Positions 19,174 to 28,757 of a DNA stretch of 64,000 bases are shown here, in pieces. The notes beneath the pieces were generated by a model. That model was not told the origin of the DNA, did not search any database, and saw only the letters and a list, made by a program, of their open reading frames with translations. Origin of the DNA: an uncultured Muribaculaceae bacterium. GTDB taxonomy: Bacteria > Bacteroidota > Bacteroidia > Bacteroidales > Muribaculaceae. Made by a program: the position numbers and the translations under genes. The stretch covers positions 71,278-135,277 of the forward strand of contig CANNVE010000004.1 of the NCBI GenBank assembly GCA_947525975.1, in the 5' to 3' direction. The stretch's first letter is position 1. Each line of letters starts with the position of its first letter.

Positions 19174-19449
19174 TTACTTGCGGATACCGAGCTCTTTCTG
19201 AGCGATGATGGCGCGGTAGCGGTTGATGTCTTTGCGCATCAGGTAGTCGAGGAGACGACGACGCTTGCCTACCAGCATCTTAAGAGCGCGCTCTGTGCTA
19301 TGATCTTTGTGATTTGACTTCATGTGCTGAGTCAAATGAGCGATACGGACCGAGAATAATGCAATCTGCGCTTCAGGTGAGCCAGTGTCAGTCTTGCCCT
19401 TACCGTACTTCTCGAAGATCTCGACTTTTTCTTCAGAATTTAAGTGCAT
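19174..19449 (-). CDS. rpsO: 30S ribosomal protein S15
   Basis: DTGSPEAQIALFSVRIAHLTQH...LVGKRRRLLDYL. Confidence 0.97.
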   Translation of the reverse strand: MHLNSEEKVEIFEKYGKGKTDTGSPEAQIALFSVRIAHLTQHMKSNHKDHSTERALKMLVGKRRRLLDYLMRKDINRYRAIIAQKELGIRK

Positions 19450-19500
19450 TCTTTCAGATGTTTAAGTGTTAATAATTGATTGTTTTGTCAAAAGACAGCG

Positions 19501-19578
19501 CAAAGTTAGTCATTTCCCGCGAAATACACAAATAGATGTGTGTTTTTTTTCTCAATAAAAAAAATATAGCTACTTTTG
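19501..19578. promoter_or_regulatory. Divergent -7 promoter boxes for rpsO and trpS
   Basis: TAACTTTG on the minus strand at 19508-19501; TACTTTTG on the plus strand at 19571-19578. Confidence 0.65.
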
Positions 19579-19634
19579 CACACATAAACAACTTCAATCC
19601 GACTAATCATTTTTCCGAACATCTTAATAGAATT

Positions 19635-20699
19635 ATGGACAAAGAGATAGTTTTGAGCGGCATACGCTCCACCGGCAACCTGCATCTCGGCAACTATTAC
19701 GGCGCTCTGCGCAATTTCGTGCGCCTGCAGGACATATATGACTGCAACTTCTTCATCGCCGACCTCCACGCGCTCACCACAAACCCCGACCCCCAGCAGC
19801 TCCACGCAAGTGTGAAGCAGATATTGGCCGAGTATCTGGCCGCCGGAATCGACCCGGAAAAAGCCACTATTTTCATACAGAGCGACGTGCCCGAAGTGGC
19901 CGAAATGTATCTCCTGCTCAATATGCACGTTGGCATCGGTGAGCTCATGCGCACCACTTCATTCAAAGACAAGGCCCGCAAATGCCTCGGCATCGGCCCG
20001 GCCAAGGACGATGACGACGAAGCCTTCGAGAAGCAGATAATCGGAGCCGAGACCAACAAGCGCGTCAACGCCGGCCTCCTCACCTATCCTACTCTCATGG
20101 CCGTGGACATACTCATACAGAAAGCCACAAAGGTGCCCGTGGGCAAAGACCAGGAGCAGCATCTCGAACTGACACGCCGATTCGCCCGCCGATTCAATTC
20201 TTTCTATGGCGTTGACTTCTTCCCTGAGCCCCAGAACTTCAATTTCGGAGCGGCTGCGGTGAAGGTCCCCGGCCTCGACGGAAGCGGCAAGATGGGCAAG
20301 AGCGAAGGCAACTGCATATATCTTGTTGACAACCCCAAGACACTGAAGAAAAAAGTGATGAGGGCTGTGACCGACGAAGGCCCCAAAGAGCCGAATTCGC
20401 CCGTATCAGAGCCTATAGCCAACCTCTTCTCTCTCCTTGAACTCACCAGCACGCCTGAGATCGTGAAGCAATACAAAGACGCTTACGCCGACTGCTCTAT
20501 ACGCTATGGCGACCTCAAGAAACAGCTCGCCGAAGACATTCTCAAGGTGACCACCCCGATACGCGAGCGCGTCAACGACATTCTGGCCGACGAAGACTAC
20601 CTGCGCAAGGTCGTTAATCGAGGCGCCGAAAAAGCAAGGGAGAGGGCGTCGAAGACCCTCGCCGAAATGCGTCAGATAATGGGCATACGCCGCTTCTGA
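19635..20699 (+). CDS. trpS: Tryptophanyl-tRNA synthetase
   Basis: SGIRSTGNLHLGNY (HIGH), VPVGKDQEQH, KMGKS (KMSKS). Start moved to MDKEIV at 19635. Confidence 0.96.
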   Translation: MDKEIVLSGIRSTGNLHLGNYYGALRNFVRLQDIYDCNFFIADLHALTTNPDPQQLHASVKQILAEYLAAGIDPEKATIFIQSDVPEVAEMYLLLNMHVGIGELMRTTSFKDKARKCLGIGPAKDDDDEAFEKQIIGAETNKRVNAGLLTYPTLMAVDILIQKATKVPVGKDQEQHLELTRRFARRFNSFYGVDFFPEPQNFNFGAAAVKVPGLDGSGKMGKSEGNCIYLVDNPKTLKKKVMRAVTDEGPKEPNSPVSEPIANLFSLLELTSTPEIVKQYKDAYADCSIRYGDLKKQLAEDILKVTTPIRERVNDILADEDYLRKVVNRGAEKARERASKTLAEMRQIMGIRRF

Positions 20700-20723
20700 C
20701 TTTTACTTCGCTCATAACTTACC

Positions 20724-21299
20724 ATGGCCGACAACTATCTCTAACGCAAAATGGAGGAGCATCGCAGGGGCGGGGCTCAGCCCAAGCACAGGCTCACTCC
20801 CTCCGGACAGCGCCCCGGCAAGATCCTGCTCGATCTCCCTCCTTTGCGCGCGTTCGTAGCCAACGGCGCATCGGGCATCGGCGCAGTTGTCGTAAAGGCT
20901 CTCTGCGATGCCGGGTGCAGAGTGGCGTTCTGCGATGCCGACACTAAGGCCGGGGCTGCCACCGCACAGCGATGCGGCGCCCAGTATCATCCCGCCGACC
21001 CCGCCGACGCATCAGCGCTATCGGCCTCGCTTAAGCGCGTGGCCGACTCATGGGGAGCCGTAGAAATGGCCATCATAGCCGGCGCCCCACTGCCAGAGCC
21101 GAGCACCGGAGCCATTGAGGATGCCTGCGGGCGAATACTGGCCGTCTACACGGGCGATGCGCCTGCATCCTTGCCAAGCACAGGAGCCAATGTCATCGTC
21201 GTTCCCGACGGCATAGATGACAAAACGCTGACTACAATGGTGATAATCATGTCAACCCCGGCGGCTGCGAACATCCGGTCGCAGATTTTCAGACTCTGA
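20724..21299 (+). pseudogene. Degenerate short-chain dehydrogenase-like gene with an in-frame TAA at codon 7 (open from ATG 20751)
   Basis: ATG GCC GAC AAC TAT CTC TAA CGC AAA ATG = MADNYL*RKM, in frame with the 182-aa ORF; Rossmann-like NGASGIG; no YxxxK motif. Confidence 0.55.
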
Positions 21300-21323
21300 A
21301 ACAACAAAAATTTGGTTAAAAAC

Positions 21324-21354
21324 TTTGGCGATTCAAAAATAATACATACTTTTG
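21324..21354 (+). promoter_or_regulatory. Bacteroidetes promoter for ferredoxin
   Basis: TTTG at 21324-21327, a 19-nt spacer, then TACTTTTG at 21347-21354. Confidence 0.7.
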
Positions 21355-21396
21355 CATCACAAACAACCCTTTCGTATAATTATTTTCTAAAACTAA

Positions 21397-21573
<177 letters not shown>

Positions 21574-21620
21574 TTTCCGCCAAAAGGGATGCGGTCTTAA
21601 CGACACGCATAGCAAAAGAC

Positions 21621-21658
21621 AAAAAATTGTGTTTCCTGACGGGAACACAATTTTTTTT
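21621..21658 (+). terminator. Intrinsic terminator after ferredoxin
   Basis: AAAAAATTGTGTTTCC-TGAC-GGGAACACAATTTTTTTT. Confidence 0.85.
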
Positions 21659-21723
21659 ACGGTTTCATGCTAATTAGCGCGTGATTTCATGATTATTATT
21701 GGCAAAATGTATATATTTGCCAT

Positions 21724-24540
21724 ATGAAGCATCTCACTCTCTGCATTATCGCCATGATTTTATGGCCTGTGGCCGCCTTGTGCGCCGACCGCATCCTTCC
21801 GCTCGACAGCGCTATCCATCATGGCCGCCTGCCAAATGGCCTCACATATTACATACTGCAATGCCCTCGCCCGGCCTACAAGGCCAATTTCTATCTGCTT
21901 GAGAACATAGGGTCAACCGTAGAAGAGAGCAATCAGCTCGGATACGCCCACATGGTCGAGCACCTCGCCTTTTGCGGTTCAGCCCACTTCCCCCAGGAGG
22001 CGCTTCTGGATAGCCTGCAGAAGCGAGGCATCAGCTTTGGACAGGACATCAACGCATCCACCTCACACGATGCCACAATATTCAACATATGCAATGTCGA
22101 CACCCGGCTTGGCGAAGGCATCGTCGACACATGCCTCCTGGCCCTTAAGGATATAGCCTGCGGCCTCACCTTCGAGCCCCGCATGGTGGAGCGCGAGAAG
22201 ATGGTGATCCTTGAGGAATGGAGGCAGGATAACGGCCCATTCACCCGCCTGGCCGAAAAGATGTTTCCGGTGCTGTTCGGCCCCGACAACCGATACAACC
22301 ATATGCCCATAGGATCGCCCGCCGACGTCTCGGCAGCTTCCCCTGCTTCTCTCAAGGCCTTCTACGACAAGTGGTATCAGCCCCAGCACCAGGCCATAAT
22401 GGTCATCGGCAGCATCGATCCTGATGAAATCGAGGCAAAAATCAGAAGCCTCTGGGCCGATGTGCCTGCCCCGGCCTCCCCTTCGGTGAGGCACTGGGAG
22501 CAGATCGCTGACCATGAAGGCGTGATAGCGGGGGTGGTGACTGACCCTGAATTTCCAGGATGCCAGATGGATATGTGGTTCAAGGTCGACATCCCTCCGC
22601 GCGACCGGCGCGACCGCGAAAGCTACATCAACAAAAGCTTTGTCGGATTCCTTGCGCAGAAGACCCTATCACGCCGCCTGTCCGATATCCTGTATGAGCC
22701 TGACTCTCCCTTCACAAGCGCCAACGCTGATTTCTCGCAATATTACCTGGCTGACAGCAAAGACGGCTTCAGGGCCTACGCCCTGTTTGACCGAAACAAA
22801 CGGGTCAAGGCTCTCACCCGCCTGATCCGCGAAATCAAGAGACTGGCCGAATACGGCATAACCGACAGTGAGATGCAGCTCAACCTCAGGGCTATGAAAT
22901 CTATTGTCGACAATCTTCCCGTGACGCTTGAAGAATACAATAACTACGAGCAATTTGACCGCATATCTGAGCATTTCCTCAAGGGAAACGTCGTGCTTTC
23001 GCCCTCCGGCCAGATTGAGGCCTACCGAAACTTCATAGACACCGTCACTCCGGCGGCGGTGAATTCATTCGTCAGAGCCACTCTCACGCCCGACAATCTC
23101 GCCGCCATGCTCGTTGAGAAAAATCCCGGCGACAGCCTGACTCCCTCCCCCACGGAATTCAGCCAGATGATCTCAGCGATATGGGACTCCGTATCTGTGC
23201 GTCCATATATCGCCGACACCGCCTACATGAGGCCTCTGCTGGCGCGTGAGCCTCAGCCTGGGCGTATCACGGGATTCGAATATGACACACTTTTCTTCGC
23301 CAAGCATTATACCCTGGACAACGGCGCGCGCGTGGCCGTCTGCATACGCGACGTCCTGACCGACGAGATTTCGCTCAGGGCCGTGCAGCGCGGCGGCGAG
23401 TCTGCTCTTCTGCCGATCGACTTCGCCGACGGCACATTCGCTCCCGACATGGCCGAGCTGGGCGGGGTCTCTGATTTCTCATCAACCCAACTGCGTCGCA
23501 AATATGACGGCTCAGGCATTGACCTCGCTGTGATCCATACGCCCTACGCCGAGATCATCGAAGGCACCTCACGGGTCAGCGAGCTCGAAGGGCTGCTGCA
23601 ACTGCTCCACGCCAGAATGACCACGGTGAGAGTCGACACCACGGCATTCGAGAATTGGCTGGCCATACGCAAGGGCATGCTCAACGATCTCTCCAACTCG
23701 CCCGACAAGATTTTTTCCGACTCTATACGCTCCATCCTCTATCTCGGACAAAGGCCTCTGATGCGCCAAGTGGAGATGGCTGACCTCGACTCTCTCGACT
23801 ACTCCAACGCCGTGAACCTATTCAAAAAAAGGATGGCCAATCCCGCCAACTTCGACTTTATCATTGTCGGAAACTTCGAATTCGAGACCGTGGAGCCGCT
23901 CATCGAGAAATACATCGGTTCGCTGCCCCGCTCTGCGGCATCGCCCATGCCATTCCGCCCGTTTGGCCGCCTGGCTGTCGACGGCGTACGCCACAGGCGA
24001 TTCTCTGTAGCGTCTCCCTCTGAAGGCACAAAGGTGTATATGGCCTATGAGATACACACGCCCTACTCCATTCAAGACGAAATGACCCTCTGCATCCTCG
24101 CCTCGATACTCGAGAAGGAATACATCAAAGCGCTAAGGGCCGATGCCGGAGGCACATACACACCCCGCGTCAATACGGCTTCGGGGGAAGTCGACGCTTT
24201 CCACAGTCTGTTTGTTTCATTCGACACAAACGCCGAAATGGCCGAAAGCCTCGTGGCCAAAGCCGACGAAATACTTCGCGGCATAGCCGATGACGGCATA
24301 GATCCCGATCTTTTCAGCATGGTCAAAAGCTATGTGTCAAAATCGGAATACACAGCCACTCTGCAGCAGGACTACCCTATGACAGTCCTGACCCACGAGG
24401 CCCTGTACGGAGACATCGACCCGGCTCTCAAAGCCAAGTGCGCCCGCCTCGTCACCGAGGATATGGTGCGCGACATGGCCGCACGGCTCGTATCTGCCCC
24501 CGTCAGAGTATCCCTCATCATGGATCAGACCAAGCCATGA
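21724..24540 (+). CDS. M16 (insulinase/PqqL-like) zinc metallopeptidase
   Basis: Signal peptide; GRLPNGLTYY; inverted zinc motif HMVEH; DINASTS; four-domain length of 938 aa. Confidence 0.92.
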   Translation: MKHLTLCIIAMILWPVAALCADRILPLDSAIHHGRLPNGLTYYILQCPRPAYKANFYLLENIGSTVEESNQLGYAHMVEHLAFCGSAHFPQEALLDSLQKRGISFGQDINASTSHDATIFNICNVDTRLGEGIVDTCLLALKDIACGLTFEPRMVEREKMVILEEWRQDNGPFTRLAEKMFPVLFGPDNRYNHMPIGSPADVSAASPASLKAFYDKWYQPQHQAIMVIGSIDPDEIEAKIRSLWADVPAPASPSVRHWEQIADHEGVIAGVVTDPEFPGCQMDMWFKVDIPPRDRRDRESYINKSFVGFLAQKTLSRRLSDILYEPDSPFTSANADFSQYYLADSKDGFRAYALFDRNKRVKALTRLIREIKRLAEYGITDSEMQLNLRAMKSIVDNLPVTLEEYNNYEQFDRISEHFLKGNVVLSPSGQIEAYRNFIDTVTPAAVNSFVRATLTPDNLAAMLVEKNPGDSLTPSPTEFSQMISAIWDSVSVRPYIADTAYMRPLLAREPQPGRITGFEYDTLFFAKHYTLDNGARVAVCIRDVLTDEISLRAVQRGGESALLPIDFADGTFAPDMAELGGVSDFSSTQLRRKYDGSGIDLAVIHTPYAEIIEGTSRVSELEGLLQLLHARMTTVRVDTTAFENWLAIRKGMLNDLSNSPDKIFSDSIRSILYLGQRPLMRQVEMADLDSLDYSNAVNLFKKRMANPANFDFIIVGNFEFETVEPLIEKYIGSLPRSAASPMPFRPFGRLAVDGVRHRRFSVASPSEGTKVYMAYEIHTPYSIQDEMTLCILASILEKEYIKALRADAGGTYTPRVNTASGEVDAFHSLFVSFDTNAEMAESLVAKADEILRGIADDGIDPDLFSMVKSYVSKSEYTATLQQDYPMTVLTHEALYGDIDPALKAKCARLVTEDMVRDMAARLVSAPVRVSLIMDQTKP

Positions 24541-24582
24541 GTCTACAGTTTTTCCTCTCACATTCCAAGCTACTTACCAACC

Positions 24583-25974
24583 ATGAAACTCGTCTATGCT
24601 TTGGCATTCTCAATTCCGATGGCGCTTGTACCGATAGCCGCATCGGCCGAAAGCGCCGCTGACACAAATGTCATCATTGCAGGCAAGATCGAAAACATGA
24701 CCGAACGGTCGGCAAAAGTGATCACTGCCATCAATTGCAATCCCTGGGATGAGGCGTCTTCGCGCCATGCCGTCAAGATTGATTCATCCGGACGATTCAA
24801 GACCTATGTCGACATCCCATACGGACACAATTTCACCATCTATTATGACCGGGCTTTTTTCTGTCAGTACGCCGAGCCGGGCGATTCCATATTCCTCACC
24901 ATCGATGCCGCCGACTTGAAGCAGAGCGCCGGATATTCAGGAGCGCACTCTGATTTCAACAACGCATATGGCAGGGCCTACTTCGATCTGTTCAGTTCAT
25001 CATTCATTGAGCTTCCTTCCGGGCAGATGCCTAAAGATGAATATACCAACCATTTTAAAAAGATATTTTCCGGGATTGACAGCAACCTCAACCATTACGC
25101 CGACTCTGTAGGCTTGGCCTTGGAGGCTAAAGAAATGATGAGGCAATCGCTCCTGTTCGCTCTTGCCAACTCCGCCCTCGACCATGAAGACAAGACGCCG
25201 GAGGATGTGCTCTCTTTTTTCGAAGATTCGATTTTCGGGCTCGACGACGAACGCAATCTCCGGGAAATGATGTTTCCCTATCATCTGCACGCGTATCTCA
25301 ACCGCCTGGAAAAGGTAGTGAAGCCCGATTCAACGATGCAGATGGTCGACGCCATCACATCGCGCCACACCAAATCGAGAAACAGGGACATAATGCTGGG
25401 AATATGCCTGCAAGGGGGAAACGAAAGGGTGCCTGCTGCGCTTTTCGCAGATCAGCGCCTCTACGATAGGCTCTATGCGGAGAGTGCAGCCGAGGAGCCG
25501 CTGACCGATGTCAGCCTGCCTTCAGGCGCAATGCTGCAGTATAAAGACGGTGAAATCACAGAGTGCACCCATTCAAGCCTGAAGGAGATGCTTGAAAAGG
25601 AATACAAAGGGAAGGTGATATACCTCGATCTGTGGGCCACTTGGTGCGGACCATACATCGAATCCAACAAGTCATTGCCCGAAGTGGCCGATTTTTTCAA
25701 GGATAAAGATATCGTATTCGTAAGCATCGCCCTGAAATCAGGTCTCAACCGCTGGAAAGACCTTGTGAGAGGAAGCCATGGCAATCGCGTGGAGTACTTC
25801 ATAAACAGTGACGATGACTCCGAAACAATCATGTCATCGTTCGGCATGAGCGGCTTTCCGACTTATCGCATCATCAACGCGAACTCCGCAATTATCGATG
25901 CCAATCCTCCAAGGCCCAACTCACCGGCGATCTACGACACCCTTCTTGACATCCTCCACAATACGGCGAAGTAG
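24583..25974 (+). CDS. Secreted TlpA/thioredoxin-domain protein with an altered active site (WCGPY)
   Basis: Signal peptide; C-terminal GKVIYLDLWATWCGPY...FVSIAL...GFPTY. Confidence 0.8.
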   Translation: MKLVYALAFSIPMALVPIAASAESAADTNVIIAGKIENMTERSAKVITAINCNPWDEASSRHAVKIDSSGRFKTYVDIPYGHNFTIYYDRAFFCQYAEPGDSIFLTIDAADLKQSAGYSGAHSDFNNAYGRAYFDLFSSSFIELPSGQMPKDEYTNHFKKIFSGIDSNLNHYADSVGLALEAKEMMRQSLLFALANSALDHEDKTPEDVLSFFEDSIFGLDDERNLREMMFPYHLHAYLNRLEKVVKPDSTMQMVDAITSRHTKSRNRDIMLGICLQGGNERVPAALFADQRLYDRLYAESAAEEPLTDVSLPSGAMLQYKDGEITECTHSSLKEMLEKEYKGKVIYLDLWATWCGPYIESNKSLPEVADFFKDKDIVFVSIALKSGLNRWKDLVRGSHGNRVEYFINSDDDSETIMSSFGMSGFPTYRIINANSAIIDANPPRPNSPAIYDTLLDILHNTAK

Positions 25975-25985
25975 AGACCGCCCGG

Positions 25986-26891
25986 TCAAATAAGCCATGC
26001 GTTGACGCGCTCGCGAATTGCAGCCGACTCGCTCAGCATGCGCAGAAATTCCTTCATGGAGCGCTTGTGATACGCATCGCGCGATGTGTGCACACATCCC
26101 ACCATTTCATTGGCCGGGACATCGAGCGGCACCGCGGTTATTCCGGTAGCATTGTGGGTGGTGGCCTCCGCCAGCACTGTGACGAGATTGCTGCTTCTTA
26201 TGAGCTTTAGCAATATGTTGACCTCATTGAGCTCAATCCTTACCCTCAGATCCATGTTCCTGGGCGCGGCGATGGCGTCAAAATAGTTTCGCGCCTGCAA
26301 CCCCTTTATCGGCAGGGCCAGGTCATAGCGGCTCAATTCCTCGAGTGTGACTTTCGCTTTGGAAGCGAGCGGATGCCCCGAGTTGACGATGGCCGCAAGA
26401 TAATTCTGGAACAAGGAGTGCGATTCGATCCCTTCGCCCGCCTCCATAGGCCTGAATGCAAGCACGAAATCCACCTCCCTCTCCGTGAGCATGGCCATGA
26501 GCTCTGACATTGGCTTATAGTAGATGTTGAGCTTCACTCCGGGATACAGCTTCATGAAGTCGAGGAGTGTCTCGGTGAGGATAGGGCTGAACGAATATGT
26601 GACTCCGATGTTGAGTGTGCCGGCGAGCAGGTCGCGCAAATCATTGATGCGGTCACGGCACAGCTGCGCGTCGCGCAATGTCTTGACAGCGCATGGCAGC
26701 AGCTCCTCTCCGGCCTCCGTGAGCGTGACGCTGTGGCTGTCACGCTGGAAAAGCTGGGTGCCCAGTTCCTGCTCAAGCTGCTTGATCTGCTGCGAAAGAG
26801 TGCTTTGAGTGATGTAGAGCGTCCTTGACGCTTCCGAGAAATTTAGCGTCTCGGCCACTTTCACGAAATACTTTAATTGACGTAGTTCCAT
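25986..26891 (-). CDS. LysR-family transcriptional regulator
   Basis: MELRQLKYFVKVAETLNFSEASRTLYITQSTLSQQIKQLE. Confidence 0.95.
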   Translation of the reverse strand: MELRQLKYFVKVAETLNFSEASRTLYITQSTLSQQIKQLEQELGTQLFQRDSHSVTLTEAGEELLPCAVKTLRDAQLCRDRINDLRDLLAGTLNIGVTYSFSPILTETLLDFMKLYPGVKLNIYYKPMSELMAMLTEREVDFVLAFRPMEAGEGIESHSLFQNYLAAIVNSGHPLASKAKVTLEELSRYDLALPIKGLQARNYFDAIAAPRNMDLRVRIELNEVNILLKLIRSSNLVTVLAEATTHNATGITAVPLDVPANEMVGCVHTSRDAYHKRSMKEFLRMLSESAAIRERVNAWLI

Positions 26892-26906
26892 TGCGGCGAA
26901 AACATA

Positions 26907-27389
26907 TCACCTCGTTGCCTGAAACGAGATGTTCTTAAAAATAAATATAGGTATCGTGGCTCCTATCACCATGCCGAGCAAGATGAAGAGGCATGTGAGG
27001 CCATTGCTCACGAATAGGTAGAAGTAGTGGTTAAACTCCCCTTCCGCCCCGTGGTAAAGGCACATCACGAGGCCGCCGAAGGTCTTGTAGGCGTAGATGC
27101 CGGGGATCATGGGCAGCAGCGAAGGAAATAGGCAGGTTTCTGCGGGTGTGTGGGCCAACGGTGATATCAACACTGCAAGCACCCCTACGATCAGAGAGGC
27201 TATGCCGCTCGCAATCACTATGTGCAGCCCAAGCAGCGAATCGTGCATCATCAGGAAGCGCGACGAATGGCCGATGGCGGCTATCAGCGCGCAGTAGAGA
27301 TATGCCCTCTTGGGCGGATTGCTTATAGCCGCAAAACCTATGGCGGCAATCGCCGCGAAGAATGCGTCTTGAAGAAAATCCATTATCAT
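26907..27389 (-). CDS. ThrE-family exporter small subunit (YjjB-like)
   Basis: AIAAIGFAAISNPP, PSLLPMIPGIYAY; multiple TM segments. Confidence 0.85.
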   Translation of the reverse strand: MIMDFLQDAFFAAIAAIGFAAISNPPKRAYLYCALIAAIGHSSRFLMMHDSLLGLHIVIASGIASLIVGVLAVLISPLAHTPAETCLFPSLLPMIPGIYAYKTFGGLVMCLYHGAEGEFNHYFYLFVSNGLTCLFILLGMVIGATIPIFIFKNISFQATR

Positions 27390-27420
27390 TGCCTTGTCGA
27401 AACGTTTGGGTGAGACATCG

Positions 27421-28260
27421 TCAGAACATGCCCATATTCATGAGCAGCATGCCGCCGCAAAGCCCTATCGACAGGCAGCATGTGAGAATCACAGCATGAA
27501 GGAATCTGGAAAAAGAGCAGATATAATGCCCGGCTATCATATCGCTGAACGAATTGAGATACGGTATGCCCGGCACAAGATAGAGCACGCTCGTGCCCAC
27601 GGCGATCTCCGGGGTCGATCCCAAATGAAACAAGGCATCAGTGGCGCCAAGCACCGAAGACACGAATGCGCAGACTATGAATACCACCCTCATGTCGGCC
27701 TTATGCTCACACATCACCTGCTTCAGATAGTATCCGGCCATCGTGGAGAGGAATACGACTGCCACCGCCTGCCAGTCGCCATTGAACAGTCGGCAAAAAG
27801 CCGCATTGGCGCACGCCGCGAGCAGAAGCACAAGCCGCTTGTCGGCGCCCCGCGCTCCCACAGCTTCGGAGAATCGCTCCTTTGCCGAAGCGAAATCAAC
27901 TTTGCCGTCGGCTATGGCCCAGCTCAATTGGCTGAGCCGCGTGTTTATGTCAAAACTTATGGCCATGGAGCGCGTGGCTATGATGTAGGTATAGCTGTCG
28001 GCACGGTCAGGGAGCGCCACTGTCATGTGTATGTGCCTTGGCAATATAGTCATCACTGCCTCGCATCCCCAGGCCGCCGCCATGCGGTTGACATTCCTCT
28101 CAAGGCGTATGCATGTGGCTCCGCTGCCGAGCAGCCATGAGGCATACTCCGACAGGAAAAGGCAAACATCCTTTAGCGAATGCCTGCCTTCAGCCTCACA
28201 CCCGGCAATTGCCACCGGGCCGGCATCGTCAATCTTCATCGAAGTCATTGAGTCTGTCAT
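27421..28260 (-). CDS. ThrE-family exporter large subunit (YjjP-like)
   Basis: LLGSGATCIRLE, SVLYLVPGIPYLNSFSD; multiple TM segments. Confidence 0.85.
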   Translation of the reverse strand: MTDSMTSMKIDDAGPVAIAGCEAEGRHSLKDVCLFLSEYASWLLGSGATCIRLERNVNRMAAAWGCEAVMTILPRHIHMTVALPDRADSYTYIIATRSMAISFDINTRLSQLSWAIADGKVDFASAKERFSEAVGARGADKRLVLLLAACANAAFCRLFNGDWQAVAVVFLSTMAGYYLKQVMCEHKADMRVVFIVCAFVSSVLGATDALFHLGSTPEIAVGTSVLYLVPGIPYLNSFSDMIAGHYICSFSRFLHAVILTCCLSIGLCGGMLLMNMGMF

Positions 28261-28450
28261 CTTTATTTATGATTCTGTCACCGGGGATGAATAATTCCTC
28301 TCGCTCGCTTCCAAACTCTACGATATGGGCATGATGCCTGCGATAAGCGGGCCTATGGCTGTGCCGGTGACAGACCCTGACCATAATCAGAGCCACCATA
28401 GCCAAGGCGATCACACACCAGGTGACAAACGGTACATTAAGTGCTATCAT
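28229..28450 (-). CDS. Small single-TM protein with a His/Arg-rich segment, first ORF of the thrE operon
   Basis: The ATG lies ~25 nt downstream of a TATCTTTG -7 box, behind an A-rich leader; TM followed by CHRHSHRPAYRRHHAH; overlaps the thrE start. Confidence 0.55.
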   Translation of the reverse strand: MIALNVPFVTWCVIALAMVALIMVRVCHRHSHRPAYRRHHAHIVEFGSEREELFIPGDRIINKDDRLNDFDED

Positions 28451-28474
28451 GACTTATCTCTTTTAAATTAGTTG

Positions 28475-28482
28475 CAAAGATA
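28475..28482 (-). promoter_or_regulatory. -7 promoter box for smallORF-thrE-thrE-lysR
   Basis: Minus strand TATCTTTG. Confidence 0.6.
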
Positions 28483-28757
28483 ACAATCCAAAAGAAATAA
28501 TGGCAGCCTCCGGCCAACGTTTTTTTCGATAGCCGCAATTGCCCCCGCAAATCACCTCCACACCGCCAATCCAAGAAGACTGTTACAGAACGAGCTACCA
28601 GCGCTTTGGAGATCTCAAGACAGTAGCACAATAGCAACAGGAGGCATTATCGAAGAGGAGGTGCGTTTCTCCGAAACGCACGGGCTAACCACATCTGACT
28701 CACATCTAATCTGCACCTTTCGCGGGCTTTGAGAACTTCAGCAATAACGACTAAAAA

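Noticed and set aside
20742-20744. Stop-codon reassignment
   Set aside because: A single in-frame TAA; many other genes in the window terminate normally at TAA.
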